Positions 35,775 to 45,658 are shown, counted from the stretch's first letter. The stretch: DNA of 64,000 bases from Candidatus Pacearchaeota archaeon (GCA_018303825.1 JAGVXK010000021.1:7752-71751); one strand, 5' to 3'. The notes: a model not told the origin generated them from the sequence alone. Numbers and translations: made by a program.

Positions 35775-38700
35775 TCACTTCGAATGAGGTTTATCATGGC
35801 TATGAGATTCATGATAGACATGATGCCTCTTTAATTCATGATAATATCTCATTATTTCATGGTATATTTTATGCTTCTTTTTTTCTTCAAGGGTTTCATA
35901 AATCTCCTTTATTTTATGATAAATCAACCTGGCAAGATGCAAATTCTTTTCTTTAATCGCTTTTTCTCCTTTCTTGATTAGTCTTCTTATCTGCTCCAAT
36001 TTATCCTTTCTCCTCTTCCACAACCAGAACAATATTAAGTCTAAGATTATCAAAAATATGATTAACCACCATAATATTTTGTTGGCAAAAGATATCGTTT
36101 CGTTATTAGTACATTGTCTGCAGCTTCCACCGCAATCTATTCCAGTTTCATCCCCGTCTAGAATACCATTGTAACAAGATGGACAATAACCCTCTCCTTG
36201 CACAAATTGTATGTTTAATCTTCCTGATTTCTTCCACTCTTCAATATTTATATTAGTTACCGGAAGTCCGCTCAATCTGTCTATTGCTATCAAGGTTATC
36301 TTTCCGCAGACTTCTCTCTGGACAAAATCAATCTTCTGAGTTGACCCGCAAAGCATAGTATCTGTATAATTAGCTATGCAATTATTTTTATCATAGCATA
36401 TCCTTTCATTCTGCCCTGATTTCCTTATCTCTCCATTAAATATGTCCTCTACTAAATTTTCACTAACACAACCGCTCCAGATTCCGCAAACTATCTCTGA
36501 TGTGCAGTTCAAATTGCAAGATTGGCTCTCTGTTTTTCTCGCATCGCAGTTATTTCTGCACACTCTTGTCTTATTTCCATTTGTGCATGAAATTGTATCC
36601 CATTTGGGACAATTCCATCCTGTTGAAATACATCCTCCACCTCCTCCGCCTCCACCTCCTCCGCTGCTTACTGGAGCTGCAATTTCAAAGCTGCTGAAAA
36701 CAGAGTCATTTCTGTTTCCTATTGTGTCATTGCAATATGCCCTTAATGTATATGTGTCATTTAAAGCCCCGGTTTTGCTATAATTAAATACCAATCCATT
36801 TCCATCAAAACCGCTGGCATTCGCCATTGTCAAATTCGTAAGTCCGCTGTCTAGGGAGAAGATACAATAACCTCTCTCATTCAGCGTTATATTAACTAGA
36901 TAACTATTAGTGGCATATACTTCCCCGTTTACAGGACTTCCTATTGATACTTGGGGAGGCGTGCCATCAACACTAAACACAATGGATTCTGTTCTGTTCC
37001 AGTTTCCAGAAGTATCATTTGCATAAACTCTAAAAGTATAGCTACCATCTACAATTGAATTATTTGTTGCATTAAATTTCTCTCCAAACAAGACTGATTC
37101 GTTTCCAGTCATGCTGATGTTTGTAGCTCCATTATTTAAGCTATATAAAACTGAGCCATTTTCATTCAATGTCACATTAAACATTAATCCAGAAGTTACC
37201 TCAGCATTATTGTATGTTTTATTCGTTGGATTTATGATTGTAACCAATGGAGCAATTATATCTGCATTTATTGAAATTGTCCTTGTTTCTGTGCAATTTG
37301 CATTTCCAGAAGTATCGGAAGCGCATGCTTGATATGTATAAACACCGTTATCCAATCCTGCAGTGCTGTTCTTGCTTTGATTTATATACAAATACCATTG
37401 AGTTGAATTGTACTTTTGTAAATTACTCATATACAGTTCACTAATCTCTCCAGCAGTCAAAGACCTGTTCCATATTCTCAATTCATCTATTGAGCCGTTT
37501 AAGCCAAATGAATTATCAAATCCATCCCTAAATAAGTTTAATGCGATTCCAGAATCGTCCGAAACACTGCCACTTCCAATGTCCTGGGTTGAATAAGCTA
37601 CTTCATTGCCATTCAAATACAAACGAATTTTGTTGTCAGTATTACTCCACATATAAGCTATATGGTTCCAAGTATTATTTGAATAAGTAGTAGTGCTCTG
37701 GCTGACAGCCCAACCGCCTAGTGTTGATCTATAAAATCTTGCATATAAAGTATTATTTGGAGTAAGAAAAATCAGGTAACCGGCGGTGTTGTCTGAATTT
37801 CTTTTGACTATAAATGGTCCATTCAAGCTAGAACTCTTAATATATGCCCAAGCAGATATAGTAATTCCTGTTTTCCCATTAGCATCAATAGCCGAAGAAC
37901 TAGTTATATTGACGTAATCATTCACCCCATCAAATCGCAATGAGCTTCCGTACTTTCCAGATACATTATAAATCCCTCCACCGATAATTGTTCCATTATT
38001 TGAATATCTGCTTAAATCAACAACTTTAGTATCATTATCTCCCAAACTGCTTATATTATCAAAATTGTACATCAAGACAAGAGATAAATTATCATATATG
38101 TTATAGTTTGTTCCGTTCCAATTAAATGTCAGATTAGCAAGATTCTGCTCAAAGGTAGAAACGTTAATTGTTATGCTGGTACTTGTAGTTACTGTCCCGT
38201 TTGCTGGTGTTGGGGCTGTGAAGTTAATCAATGGGTTTGTTGTATCTGCACCGGCATCTAAAACAGAATAATTACTCCAACTGCTAACATTAAATACAAT
38301 TGTTCCGGCATTCAATGATGTAAAATTCGAGCACGTTGGAACCGTTGTCTCATCGCATTGACTTATCCCATTAACATAAATCTTTGGATTAACCATTGTT
38401 GTCGGTAATCCATAAAGAACAACATTTGCACTTGTATTCAACACTGTATTGGTCGAATCAACAAAAGCAGAATTATTTCTTATCGACACATTGCTTCCCA
38501 AAATTCCAGAGATAGTTGATATATCTAATGCATTAATCCAACCTATCTGTCCATTACTGGAATTCATAATTTTCAATTTCATAGTATTAAGATAATTGTT
38601 GCTTGTTTCAGTTAAAGCAGTTGAATAATTGAAAAGTAATATTCCGACATCGCCAGAAGTTCCTCCAGTTCCCCCGTTAAGATTTACAGTTATATTTGTA

Positions 38701-41342
38701 ACATTAAGCAAGCCATTATTCCAAAGATTTACCATTCCACCTACGCCTCCAGTTCCAGATGCTGTCCCTGCTCCCCCGCGAACATCAAATATGGCGCTTG
38801 AGATTACATTTCCAGTAACTGTTACATTACCTCCAGCTCCACCAAAGGGAGCCACAGCAAAACCTAGCACACTACCTCCATTCAAAGTAGCATTTGTAAT
38901 ATTTGTGTTTGTCAATACCACTACTGCCCCCCTCCCGGGAACAGCCTGTCCCTGCGTTGCTCCACTATAACCTTTTATCAAACTTATAGTCGAATCTGAC
39001 GCATTTACTTTCCCCCCACTTCCAGAAGGATATGCGGAACCGGCAGCATCGTTGGCTCCGCCATAAATGTTTAAAGTCCCCAAAATAGAATTAGTAGACA
39101 ATATTATTCCTCCTGTTCCTCCCCTATAAATTCCTCCAGTTCCCCCATAAGCATTTATCGTTGTGATATTTGAAGAGGTTGCATTTATCGTTCCCCCATT
39201 TCCTCCGCTACCAAGCACACCAAAATTACCACCATAACTATCTATTCTGTCTATCGTGGAATTAACTACAACCAAGTCCCCTCCATTATACCCCCAATTG
39301 TTAATATCAGTCGCCCCAAAATTGGCAATATCGATACTAAAGTTGTTTATTATGCAATTTCTCAAAGTCAAACCATACCACCCATCACCTGTAAGATTTC
39401 TAGCACTAATACCATTTCCTGCTCCCTTTCCAATAATTGAAAATCCAGAACAGTTAATATTGACATTATTAGTAGTGACATTAATGCATGTCCCCGTAGA
39501 AGATAAAGACTGGTTAAGACTATAATTTCCAGCACTTAAGATGTCTCCGCACTGCCAGATGATATTGCTTACATTTGCCTCAGGGTCAACAACATAGTCA
39601 TATTCAACATCCCCAATTGAAAGCAAGTCAAAAGTATCCTGGCTATTAGTCAAATTCGTCAAAAATATTTGATATTTCCCATCTTCATTAACATTCTCGA
39701 ATCTTGCTATTTCTTCAAGCCCATCTTTCTCATAAACTCCTATACTTGCATTAGTCGCCTTAGCATAAATGGTGATATCTTTCTCATTGGTTAAATTCTG
39801 CTCAAAAGTTACCCTAATATAATGTCCGTTTGGAATTAAAGAATAAACACTATCTCTGGTTTGAACAAGAGAATAAACATCCTCTATGTAAGTTCTATTT
39901 TCATCAAGATGCTCTGCTTTTGTTATTAAGATAATTTCAAAAGTCTGATTGCTTAAATGAGGAGTTATCCACTCTATATAATCAAGCTTTCCATTTTCGT
40001 TATTATCATAAGCATCAAATTCAACAAGGGACGCATTTTCCTTCCAATAAACCCTTATTTTATCCTCTTGCCCAACATTGTAAAGCTCGGGAATCTCAGT
40101 ATAACTCAAGATGTCAGTATAGTTCAAATCATCCGGACCGCTTATAACAACCACCTTTCCGTTGCTTGTTTCTGTTTCAATCGCGGTAGGGGCAGGAGTC
40201 TCGTATTCAATGACATATTCGGTTGCATTATCCTGTAAAATAACGTCAATGCCATCTGCAATAGGTTCATCTATAACCCTTCCAGTAAATACCCCAAACA
40301 TTTTCTTAAACCATCTTTTCAATAAAGGCTCTCTTTTTAATTCAATATCCAAAGCAACATTTCCAGTTATAATTGAATTAGCTTCCTTTTCGACATCATT
40401 CCCATCAACCTGCTCTATTTTCTTTACTTCTATAACTGTGGCTTCCTTAGGCAGCTCAACTATTGCCTCTCCTGGAGAATCAAGAGAAACATTCTTTGTC
40501 CACTTGACCGGCTGACCAAGCCTGATTGCTCCGCGAGAAAGCTTAACATCAATTATTGTTGCGTTTGTATCATTAAGAATAGTTTGATTAATTAGCGTTT
40601 CATTTAAGAGGGTAGTATTTATAGCGGTGATATTGGTTAAAGTTTCATTATTAGGAGTCAAATTACCAGTAAAATTAGCAGAAATTACATTAATTATTGT
40701 TTCATTTCCAAGTTCAGAGACATTTTCATCGCCCAAACTATCATTCATTGATGTTTCATTTATGGTTGTTCCACTAATTGTATCATTTACGACCACACCA
40801 ATTACAGTTTCATTGTTTGTTGTCTCATTTGCGGGAGTTTCAGAAACAGTTTCATTATTAACTAGCTCATTTATCACTTCTGAAATGTTTTCGGGAGGTG
40901 TTTCTAAAAATATTTCTGAGGGAATTGGATTAGTTTCAACAGGTATTTCGGGAGGTGTTTCCTGGTCCTGTCCAGAAGAGCCATCAGTCACGCTAGTTGT
41001 TTCTACAGGAGTTTGAGTGCCATCTAGATTATTGCCGATTGCATTGCCGAGAGTCTCACCAGCATTTTCCAAGGCCTGCCCTATATCCTGACCCTGTTCT
41101 TCTATCGTTTTTCCAGTAATAGACAGGTATCCAAGGTCTAAAACAATTATTCCAAGCAAAAAAACAAGAAAAATCTGTAGAACAACCAGCCATTTTCTGT
41201 TATTTCTGCTGGTTCCAGGCAATGAAGTTCCAAGATATCTCTTCTGAACCCTTCCCTCTGCATCTCTATAAGACTCATAATAATAAGGACCCATCAATTT
41301 ACCATTCTTTTTTACATACTTCTTATAAACCATGTGGAACAA
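35775..41342 (-). CDS. Giant membrane-anchored surface protein (1855 aa)
   Basis: From N- to C-terminus: TM segment, Asn/Thr-rich low complexity, Gly-rich beta-helix-like repeats, a LamG/concanavalin-like domain (LRFDGVNDYVNI..ELRIWNRSLTAGEISELY), Ig-like repeats, a G9 tract, a Cys-rich module, a second TM and a His-rich tail. Confidence 0.85.
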   Translation of the reverse strand: MFHMVYKKYVKKNGKLMGPYYYESYRDAEGRVQKRYLGTSLPGTSRNNRKWLVVLQIFLVFLLGIIVLDLGYLSITGKTIEEQGQDIGQALENAGETLGNAIGNNLDGTQTPVETTSVTDGSSGQDQETPPEIPVETNPIPSEIFLETPPENISEVINELVNNETVSETPANETTNNETVIGVVVNDTISGTTINETSMNDSLGDENVSELGNETIINVISANFTGNLTPNNETLTNITAINTTLLNETLINQTILNDTNATIIDVKLSRGAIRLGQPVKWTKNVSLDSPGEAIVELPKEATVIEVKKIEQVDGNDVEKEANSIITGNVALDIELKREPLLKRWFKKMFGVFTGRVIDEPIADGIDVILQDNATEYVIEYETPAPTAIETETSNGKVVVISGPDDLNYTDILSYTEIPELYNVGQEDKIRVYWKENASLVEFDAYDNNENGKLDYIEWITPHLSNQTFEIILITKAEHLDENRTYIEDVYSLVQTRDSVYSLIPNGHYIRVTFEQNLTNEKDITIYAKATNASIGVYEKDGLEEIARFENVNEDGKYQIFLTNLTNSQDTFDLLSIGDVEYDYVVDPEANVSNIIWQCGDILSAGNYSLNQSLSSTGTCINVTTNNVNINCSGFSIIGKGAGNGISARNLTGDGWYGLTLRNCIINNFSIDIANFGATDINNWGYNGGDLVVVNSTIDRIDSYGGNFGVLGSGGNGGTINATSSNITTINAYGGTGGIYRGGTGGIILSTNSILGTLNIYGGANDAAGSAYPSGSGGKVNASDSTISLIKGYSGATQGQAVPGRGAVVVLTNTNITNATLNGGSVLGFAVAPFGGAGGNVTVTGNVISSAIFDVRGGAGTASGTGGVGGMVNLWNNGLLNVTNITVNLNGGTGGTSGDVGILLFNYSTALTETSNNYLNTMKLKIMNSSNGQIGWINALDISTISGILGSNVSIRNNSAFVDSTNTVLNTSANVVLYGLPTTMVNPKIYVNGISQCDETTVPTCSNFTSLNAGTIVFNVSSWSNYSVLDAGADTTNPLINFTAPTPANGTVTTSTSITINVSTFEQNLANLTFNWNGTNYNIYDNLSLVLMYNFDNISSLGDNDTKVVDLSRYSNNGTIIGGGIYNVSGKYGSSLRFDGVNDYVNITSSSAIDANGKTGITISAWAYIKSSSLNGPFIVKRNSDNTAGYLIFLTPNNTLYARFYRSTLGGWAVSQSTTTYSNNTWNHIAYMWSNTDNKIRLYLNGNEVAYSTQDIGSGSVSDDSGIALNLFRDGFDNSFGLNGSIDELRIWNRSLTAGEISELYMSNLQKYNSTQWYLYINQSKNSTAGLDNGVYTYQACASDTSGNANCTETRTISINADIIAPLVTIINPTNKTYNNAEVTSGLMFNVTLNENGSVLYSLNNGATNISMTGNESVLFGEKFNATNNSIVDGSYTFRVYANDTSGNWNRTESIVFSVDGTPPQVSIGSPVNGEVYATNSYLVNITLNERGYCIFSLDSGLTNLTMANASGFDGNGLVFNYSKTGALNDTYTLRAYCNDTIGNRNDSVFSSFEIAAPVSSGGGGGGGGGGCISTGWNCPKWDTISCTNGNKTRVCRNNCDARKTESQSCNLNCTSEIVCGIWSGCVSENLVEDIFNGEIRKSGQNERICYDKNNCIANYTDTMLCGSTQKIDFVQREVCGKITLIAIDRLSGLPVTNINIEEWKKSGRLNIQFVQGEGYCPSCYNGILDGDETGIDCGGSCRQCTNNETISFANKILWWLIIFLIILDLILFWLWKRRKDKLEQIRRLIKKGEKAIKEKNLHLARLIYHKIKEIYETLEEKKKHKIYHEIMRYYHELKRHHVYHESHSHDKPHSK

Positions 41343-41418
41343 CTCTTTTTTATTGATAATCAGTACAAAAAGAGATATTTAAAAGTTGCTAAGTTGATGT
41401 TTGGGGGGTTGTTCTACA

Positions 41419-41865
41419 TTATTTCCAGAAGAAATAACTTTTTTTCTTCTCTATTCTATCCTCAAAATCAGCCAGATTTGCCTGCTTTGCTTCCTTCTTT
41501 TCCTTCAGATTAACGAATTTTTCATACATTACTTCTATATTTTTCTCGCACACAAAGTCATGCTGCCTAAATCCCCCGCCAAATGTCCTTGGAACATGCA
41601 TTAACTCATGAATTATAACCTTGTCCTGCTCATTCTTATCCAATCTATCAAATTTTTCAAGAAATTCAATGGCATAAAATGCCTTTGTTTTCATTGCCTT
41701 CTGCATTAACTTTCCAAGAGTATGACATCTTGCTATTGTCCTTCTTGTAGAAGAGCCAAAACTCCTTATGCATTCTATTCTATTGATATCTATATGACCC
41801 ATATTTAGCATGGTTATTATCTCATTCATTCTCTCTTTCAAATCTGGCGCATCTTCGTATTTCAT
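41419..41865 (-). CDS. Predicted zinc metallopeptidase (HExxH)
   Basis: The IIHELMHVP motif sits in a ~148-aa protein typical of small archaeal predicted metallopeptidases. Confidence 0.6.
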   Translation of the reverse strand: MKYEDAPDLKERMNEIITMLNMGHIDINRIECIRSFGSSTRRTIARCHTLGKLMQKAMKTKAFYAIEFLEKFDRLDKNEQDKVIIHELMHVPRTFGGGFRQHDFVCEKNIEVMYEKFVNLKEKKEAKQANLADFEDRIEKKKSYFFWK

Positions 41866-41908
41866 TTTATGAACCTCAACTTTCCATGAGCTTTTTTAAA
41901 GGTCATCT

Positions 41909-43234
41909 TCATATTTCGCAATGATCTCCTAAATTATATAATCCAGAAATCTCAGCTACAGTCAAGCTCCTACTCCATATCTTTACCTCATCTATAACTC
42001 CATCAAAATAATGACCTTCTTCGTTTACCTGGGCCGCATAATATCTCCCGATAATAAATTCCTGGCCACTCGCAGTATTTATGTTAACATTTCCATTTGA
42101 AGGAGAGCCGCCATTCACAGCATTGACATAAACATCAAAATCAGTCAATCCTATGCCCTTCCTTGTTATGACAACATGATTCCAGGCATTTATAGTCATT
42201 TTCCCCAATCCAGAAGTTGCCAATTCAGAACCAGCACAATCAACGCTTAAATCTATTCGTCCAGTATCGTGAGTATAAACAGACCATCCATTTTCACAAA
42301 CCCAGCTGCCATATCTTGAACCAGAGATGATTCCATTATATCCTGAAAAACTAGTAGGGTAAGCCCAAAAACTAATTGTAAAGTTGTTCTTAGCAAAATC
42401 AAACTCATTGCTATCAATTATTGAAACATAATCATTAATTCCATCAAATCTCAATGCTGAACCAGTACCAACCTGGCAAGTTTCATAACCTATCCCTCCC
42501 TGTAAAGCCCCATCATTATTTCCAACCTGATCAAATGCATTATCATCAAAATTCCAATAGGAAATAAATGAATTCTTATATTCACAATAACTAGTTGTTG
42601 ACCCTGGATTAATGCAACTGTCTTGCGTGTTGAGATTGCCATCCGTGCAATTAGAATCAACTGTGCAAATTATACTTGGTGGAATAGGTGGGCTGGGCGG
42701 ACTAATGGTCCCCTCATCTCCTCTTACTGTATAAATATATTCATTCTTTCCTTGCAATTCAAGCCCATCTTTATTATACACAAATGGAACAACACTTACT
42801 CTTCTAAGCAATCCAAGACCCGAACTAGAATAATCTATATTCTTTATTGTAGTTTGCAATTCATTAAGTGATTCGTTATATCTAAATGGCACTTTCTTCC
42901 CATTTATATCTTCTAGAACTATAACAAAGGCAGCCATATTTCCTGCTCCTTGTTCTCTCTTTATAGCTAGTGTTAAATTTCCCTGTGTTTCATTTAACCT
43001 AACAGATTCTCTTGGTATTGTCAATGAAGTTGTAAATATACTTGAATCTATCTGGCTTCCTGCCTTGTATAATGTATTTCTAAGAAAAGCCCATATCAAT
43101 ATAATTGCGGCCAATACAATCAATATAATTAAGATAACTGTAATTATATCGCTCAAACCTTTTCTAGCAACACCTCTTTTAGCCATTAAGAATAAAGAAT
43201 AAATAGGTTTAAAATACTTTTTATAAAACTTCAA
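41909..43234 (-). CDS. Archaeal type IV pilin-like N-terminus fused to a LamG/concanavalin-like domain (paralog 1)
   Basis: Class III signal-like RKGLSDIITVILIILIVLAAIILIW, with C-terminal LRFDGINDYVSI..ISFWAYP..DEVKIWSRSLTVAEISGLY. Confidence 0.75.
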   Translation of the reverse strand: MKFYKKYFKPIYSLFLMAKRGVARKGLSDIITVILIILIVLAAIILIWAFLRNTLYKAGSQIDSSIFTTSLTIPRESVRLNETQGNLTLAIKREQGAGNMAAFVIVLEDINGKKVPFRYNESLNELQTTIKNIDYSSSGLGLLRRVSVVPFVYNKDGLELQGKNEYIYTVRGDEGTISPPSPPIPPSIICTVDSNCTDGNLNTQDSCINPGSTTSYCEYKNSFISYWNFDDNAFDQVGNNDGALQGGIGYETCQVGTGSALRFDGINDYVSIIDSNEFDFAKNNFTISFWAYPTSFSGYNGIISGSRYGSWVCENGWSVYTHDTGRIDLSVDCAGSELATSGLGKMTINAWNHVVITRKGIGLTDFDVYVNAVNGGSPSNGNVNINTASGQEFIIGRYYAAQVNEEGHYFDGVIDEVKIWSRSLTVAEISGLYNLGDHCEI

Positions 43235-43436
43235 ACACCCAATCTTTGTTCATATCTTGCCCAGCATATTCTATTTTGCCAGGTGAGGCTCCTATTTTTC
43301 TGGAAAGCATATGTATAATCACATTTGCAGAATCATCATCTTGCTCAAAAGGAAGGTAAAGAAGATACTTATTACCTCCAAAATTCTCAAAATATTCTTT
43401 TGATGTATTGAACTTGACTTTTACAACTACTTTCAT
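43221..43436 (-). CDS. DUF167 (YggU)-like small protein (paralog 1)
   Basis: MKVVVKVKFNTSKEYFENFGGNKYLLYLPFEQDDDSANVIIHMLSRKIG.. fits the DUF167 pattern (V.VkPnskk ... dGkAN..li..Lsk.lgv). Confidence 0.5.
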   Translation of the reverse strand: MKVVVKVKFNTSKEYFENFGGNKYLLYLPFEQDDDSANVIIHMLSRKIGASPGKIEYAGQDMNKDWVFEVL

Positions 43437-43443
43437 CTTTTAG

Positions 43444-43524
43444 TTATCTCCCACATGATTTAAACCATCTTATAATATTTGGTTCCTTATTTAATTCTAT
43501 GCCCAAACTTACATTCCCAGTCAT
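43444..43524 (-). pseudogene. Truncated copy of the 82-aa membrane-protein gene (only the C-terminal motif retained)
   Basis: MTGNVSLGIELNKEPNIIRWFKSCGR parallels MTGNVSLNIELNREPAIVRWFKAFKS at the end of 45372..45620. The upstream frame is open but has no start and is closed by TAG. Confidence 0.45.
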
Positions 43525-43585
43525 TTTCTTCGCAACATAACATATTAAAATCAAAAAGACAATGTGGTCTTCGTCTTTTGGATGT

Positions 43586-43617
43586 TCAAGATACTACTCT
43601 GCATTCAAGTATCTTGA
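43586..43617 (-). other. Perfect 10-bp stem hairpin 9 nt downstream of the pilin-LamG paralog 2 stop
   Basis: tcaagatact (43586-43595) pairs with agtatcttga (43608-43617) around a 12-nt loop. No oligo-U tract follows on the minus strand. Confidence 0.35.
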
Positions 43618-43625
43618 CATAAGGA

Positions 43626-45110
43626 TTATCCGCAATTATTATTTAACTGGCAGGCATATAAACCATTAATTTCCTGCTGTGAAAGATTTCTATTCCATAT
43701 CATTACTTCGTCTATTGTTCCATTAAAAACAACCTCTGGATAAGGGAAGATTCTCTTCAATGCGCCTATTGAAATATGACTTGGGTCACCATTTACCCCA
43801 AAGCTATCCGCTGCCCAATCACTTTGTGCCCCTGAGCCGCATGGATAATTATTGAATGTAACTGTTTTTTCCACATTATCCAAAAATACCCTTATCTTAT
43901 TTATTCCATCAGCCATAAAAACAACAAAATGCCAACTTCCATTATTAACTTCAGCATCTGTGAAAAAGTGGCTCCAGCATCCTACTCCATTTATTTGATA
44001 TTCGATAGTTAAATTCCCATTTGATACAAACCATGCATAATGGCCCCTCCAATTAAATATTTGATTTCCATATCCAATAATTATTCCGGAAGTAGATGAA
44101 TTTGTCTTTATCCAGGCAGCAATAGTCCCTGATTGGGTGGTATCTAAAAGATCATCTGAATTGGTAATAGCGTAATCATCCAGCCCATCAAAATCGATTG
44201 CTTTTCCATAACCGTTTCTACCAGAAGAATAAATTGGCATCCCGCCATAAAATGTTCCATGATAATTGTTACCCGAGCTATCTAGAGTGTTGTCTTCCAT
44301 TTTATAATAAGCTATCAATCCGCCTGCTGGAACAACAAATTGGAATGTCTGATTATTGGCACTTGCATTCACAGATTCTCCGATTGAAGCATTCTTAGCT
44401 CTTATATGATAATATTGCTGTGTTAAGGGCAACAAACCAAAATGTGCATACGAAACAATATTATTTGGAAGATCTATCAACAAAGAATATGGACCGTTGA
44501 CATTGCCGGAATTCTCTAAAACATATCCTTCTTCATTTGAAACATCATTCCAGGTCAAATTAATGCTATCATAGGAAAGAGTGCTTGCTTTAAAATTGGC
44601 AGGAGGATTTATTGTTGGGACTGGAGGTGGTGCGATAATTCCCTGCCCAGAAGAGGAAATTGTATAGCAATCTTCCTGTTTTCCCTGCAATTCCCTCCCC
44701 TCTTTATTCAAAACAAAAGGGACAACACAAACCTTTGTTAAATTCATCAATCCAGAACTATAAGAGATAGTTTTTCCAATTGTCTGCAATTCTTGCAGAG
44801 ATTCGTTATATCTAAATGCCTTTTTATTCCCCTTAATGTCTTCTAAGACAATAATAAAAGCGCTCATTGTTCCAATCCCTTCCTGCCTCTTGACAACTAA
44901 TGATATATCTGTGCTATTTACCTTTACAGATTCTTCAGGAACTGTCAATCTTGTTGTAAATACAGAAGCATCTACCTGACTTCCAGATTTAGAAATATTA
45001 TACTTGAAGAATGCCCATATTAAAATGATCAAAGCCAAGGCAAGAAGTATAATTAAGATAGTGGTAATTATCGCGCTTATCCCTTTTTTGTTCACCATCC
45101 TTTTATTCAT
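43626..45110 (-). CDS. Archaeal type IV pilin-like N-terminus + FN3-like + LamG domain protein (paralog 2)
   Basis: NKKGISAIITTILIILLALALIILIW, then an FN3-like segment (PPANFKASTLSYDSINLTWNDVSNEEGYVLE), then IDFDGLDDYAI..DEVMIWNRNLSQQEINGLY. Confidence 0.75.
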   Translation of the reverse strand: MNKRMVNKKGISAIITTILIILLALALIILIWAFFKYNISKSGSQVDASVFTTRLTVPEESVKVNSTDISLVVKRQEGIGTMSAFIIVLEDIKGNKKAFRYNESLQELQTIGKTISYSSGLMNLTKVCVVPFVLNKEGRELQGKQEDCYTISSSGQGIIAPPPVPTINPPANFKASTLSYDSINLTWNDVSNEEGYVLENSGNVNGPYSLLIDLPNNIVSYAHFGLLPLTQQYYHIRAKNASIGESVNASANNQTFQFVVPAGGLIAYYKMEDNTLDSSGNNYHGTFYGGMPIYSSGRNGYGKAIDFDGLDDYAITNSDDLLDTTQSGTIAAWIKTNSSTSGIIIGYGNQIFNWRGHYAWFVSNGNLTIEYQINGVGCWSHFFTDAEVNNGSWHFVVFMADGINKIRVFLDNVEKTVTFNNYPCGSGAQSDWAADSFGVNGDPSHISIGALKRIFPYPEVVFNGTIDEVMIWNRNLSQQEINGLYACQLNNNCG

Positions 45111-45144
45111 TAATCAATAAGAATAACTGCATTTAAAATACTTT

Positions 45145-45360
45145 TTATAAAACTTCAAAGACCGAATCCTTGTTCATATCCTGACCGGCAAAATCTATCC
45201 TGCCTGGCGGCGTCCCAATTTTTCTGGAAAGCATATGTATAATCACATTTGCAGAATCATCATCTTGCTCAAAAGGAAGGTAAAGAAGATACTTATTCCC
45301 TCCAAAATTCTCAAAATATTCCTTTGACGCATTGAATTTTACTTTTACTGTGACTTTCAT
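45145..45360 (-). CDS. DUF167 (YggU)-like small protein (paralog 2)
   Basis: About 85% identical by eye to 43221..43436, including an 80-nt perfectly identical DNA stretch (45218-45297 = 43294-43373). Confidence 0.5.
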   Translation of the reverse strand: MKVTVKVKFNASKEYFENFGGNKYLLYLPFEQDDDSANVIIHMLSRKIGTPPGRIDFAGQDMNKDSVFEVL

Positions 45361-45371
45361 TTTTCTTATAA

Positions 45372-45620
45372 TTAACTCTTAAATGCCTTGAACCACCTGA
45401 CAATTGCTGGCTCCCTATTGAGCTCAATATTCAATGATACATTTCCAGTCATTTTTTTCAAAATTAAGAATATCAAAAGCAAGACAACAATAATAACCAA
45501 AGACCACATAATATATCTCAACAGCTTGCTCTTCCTACTACTATTAACATTCAATCTCCTTTCAATGTCCCTCCTATTAATTCTTTTAACATATAATTTT
45601 TTCACTTTCTTTTTTGCCAT
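45372..45620 (-). CDS. Small membrane protein (82 aa) with C-terminal TGNVSLNIELNREPAIVRWFK motif
   Basis: Basic N-terminus, one TM segment (IMWSLVIIVVLLLIFLIL), then a motif shared with the giant surface protein. Confidence 0.55.
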   Translation of the reverse strand: MAKKKVKKLYVKRINRRDIERRLNVNSSRKSKLLRYIMWSLVIIVVLLLIFLILKKMTGNVSLNIELNREPAIVRWFKAFKS

Positions 45621-45658
45621 ATTAAAAAATCAAGGAAAAAAGAGTATATAAGTATTTC

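Noticed and set aside
35124-35956. Three 70-aa + strand ORFs (35124..35336, 35362..35574, 35744..35956).
   Set aside because: They are low-complexity Leu/Phe/Ser-rich. They overlap the 40-aa basic protein, the DUF192 gene and the end of the giant gene on the opposite strand.
36632-36665. cctcc/cgcctcc short tandem repeat considered as a CRISPR-like or regulatory repeat.
   Set aside because: It lies inside the giant ORF and simply encodes a poly-Gly linker (GGGGGGGGG). There are no spacers or repeat-spacer periodicity.
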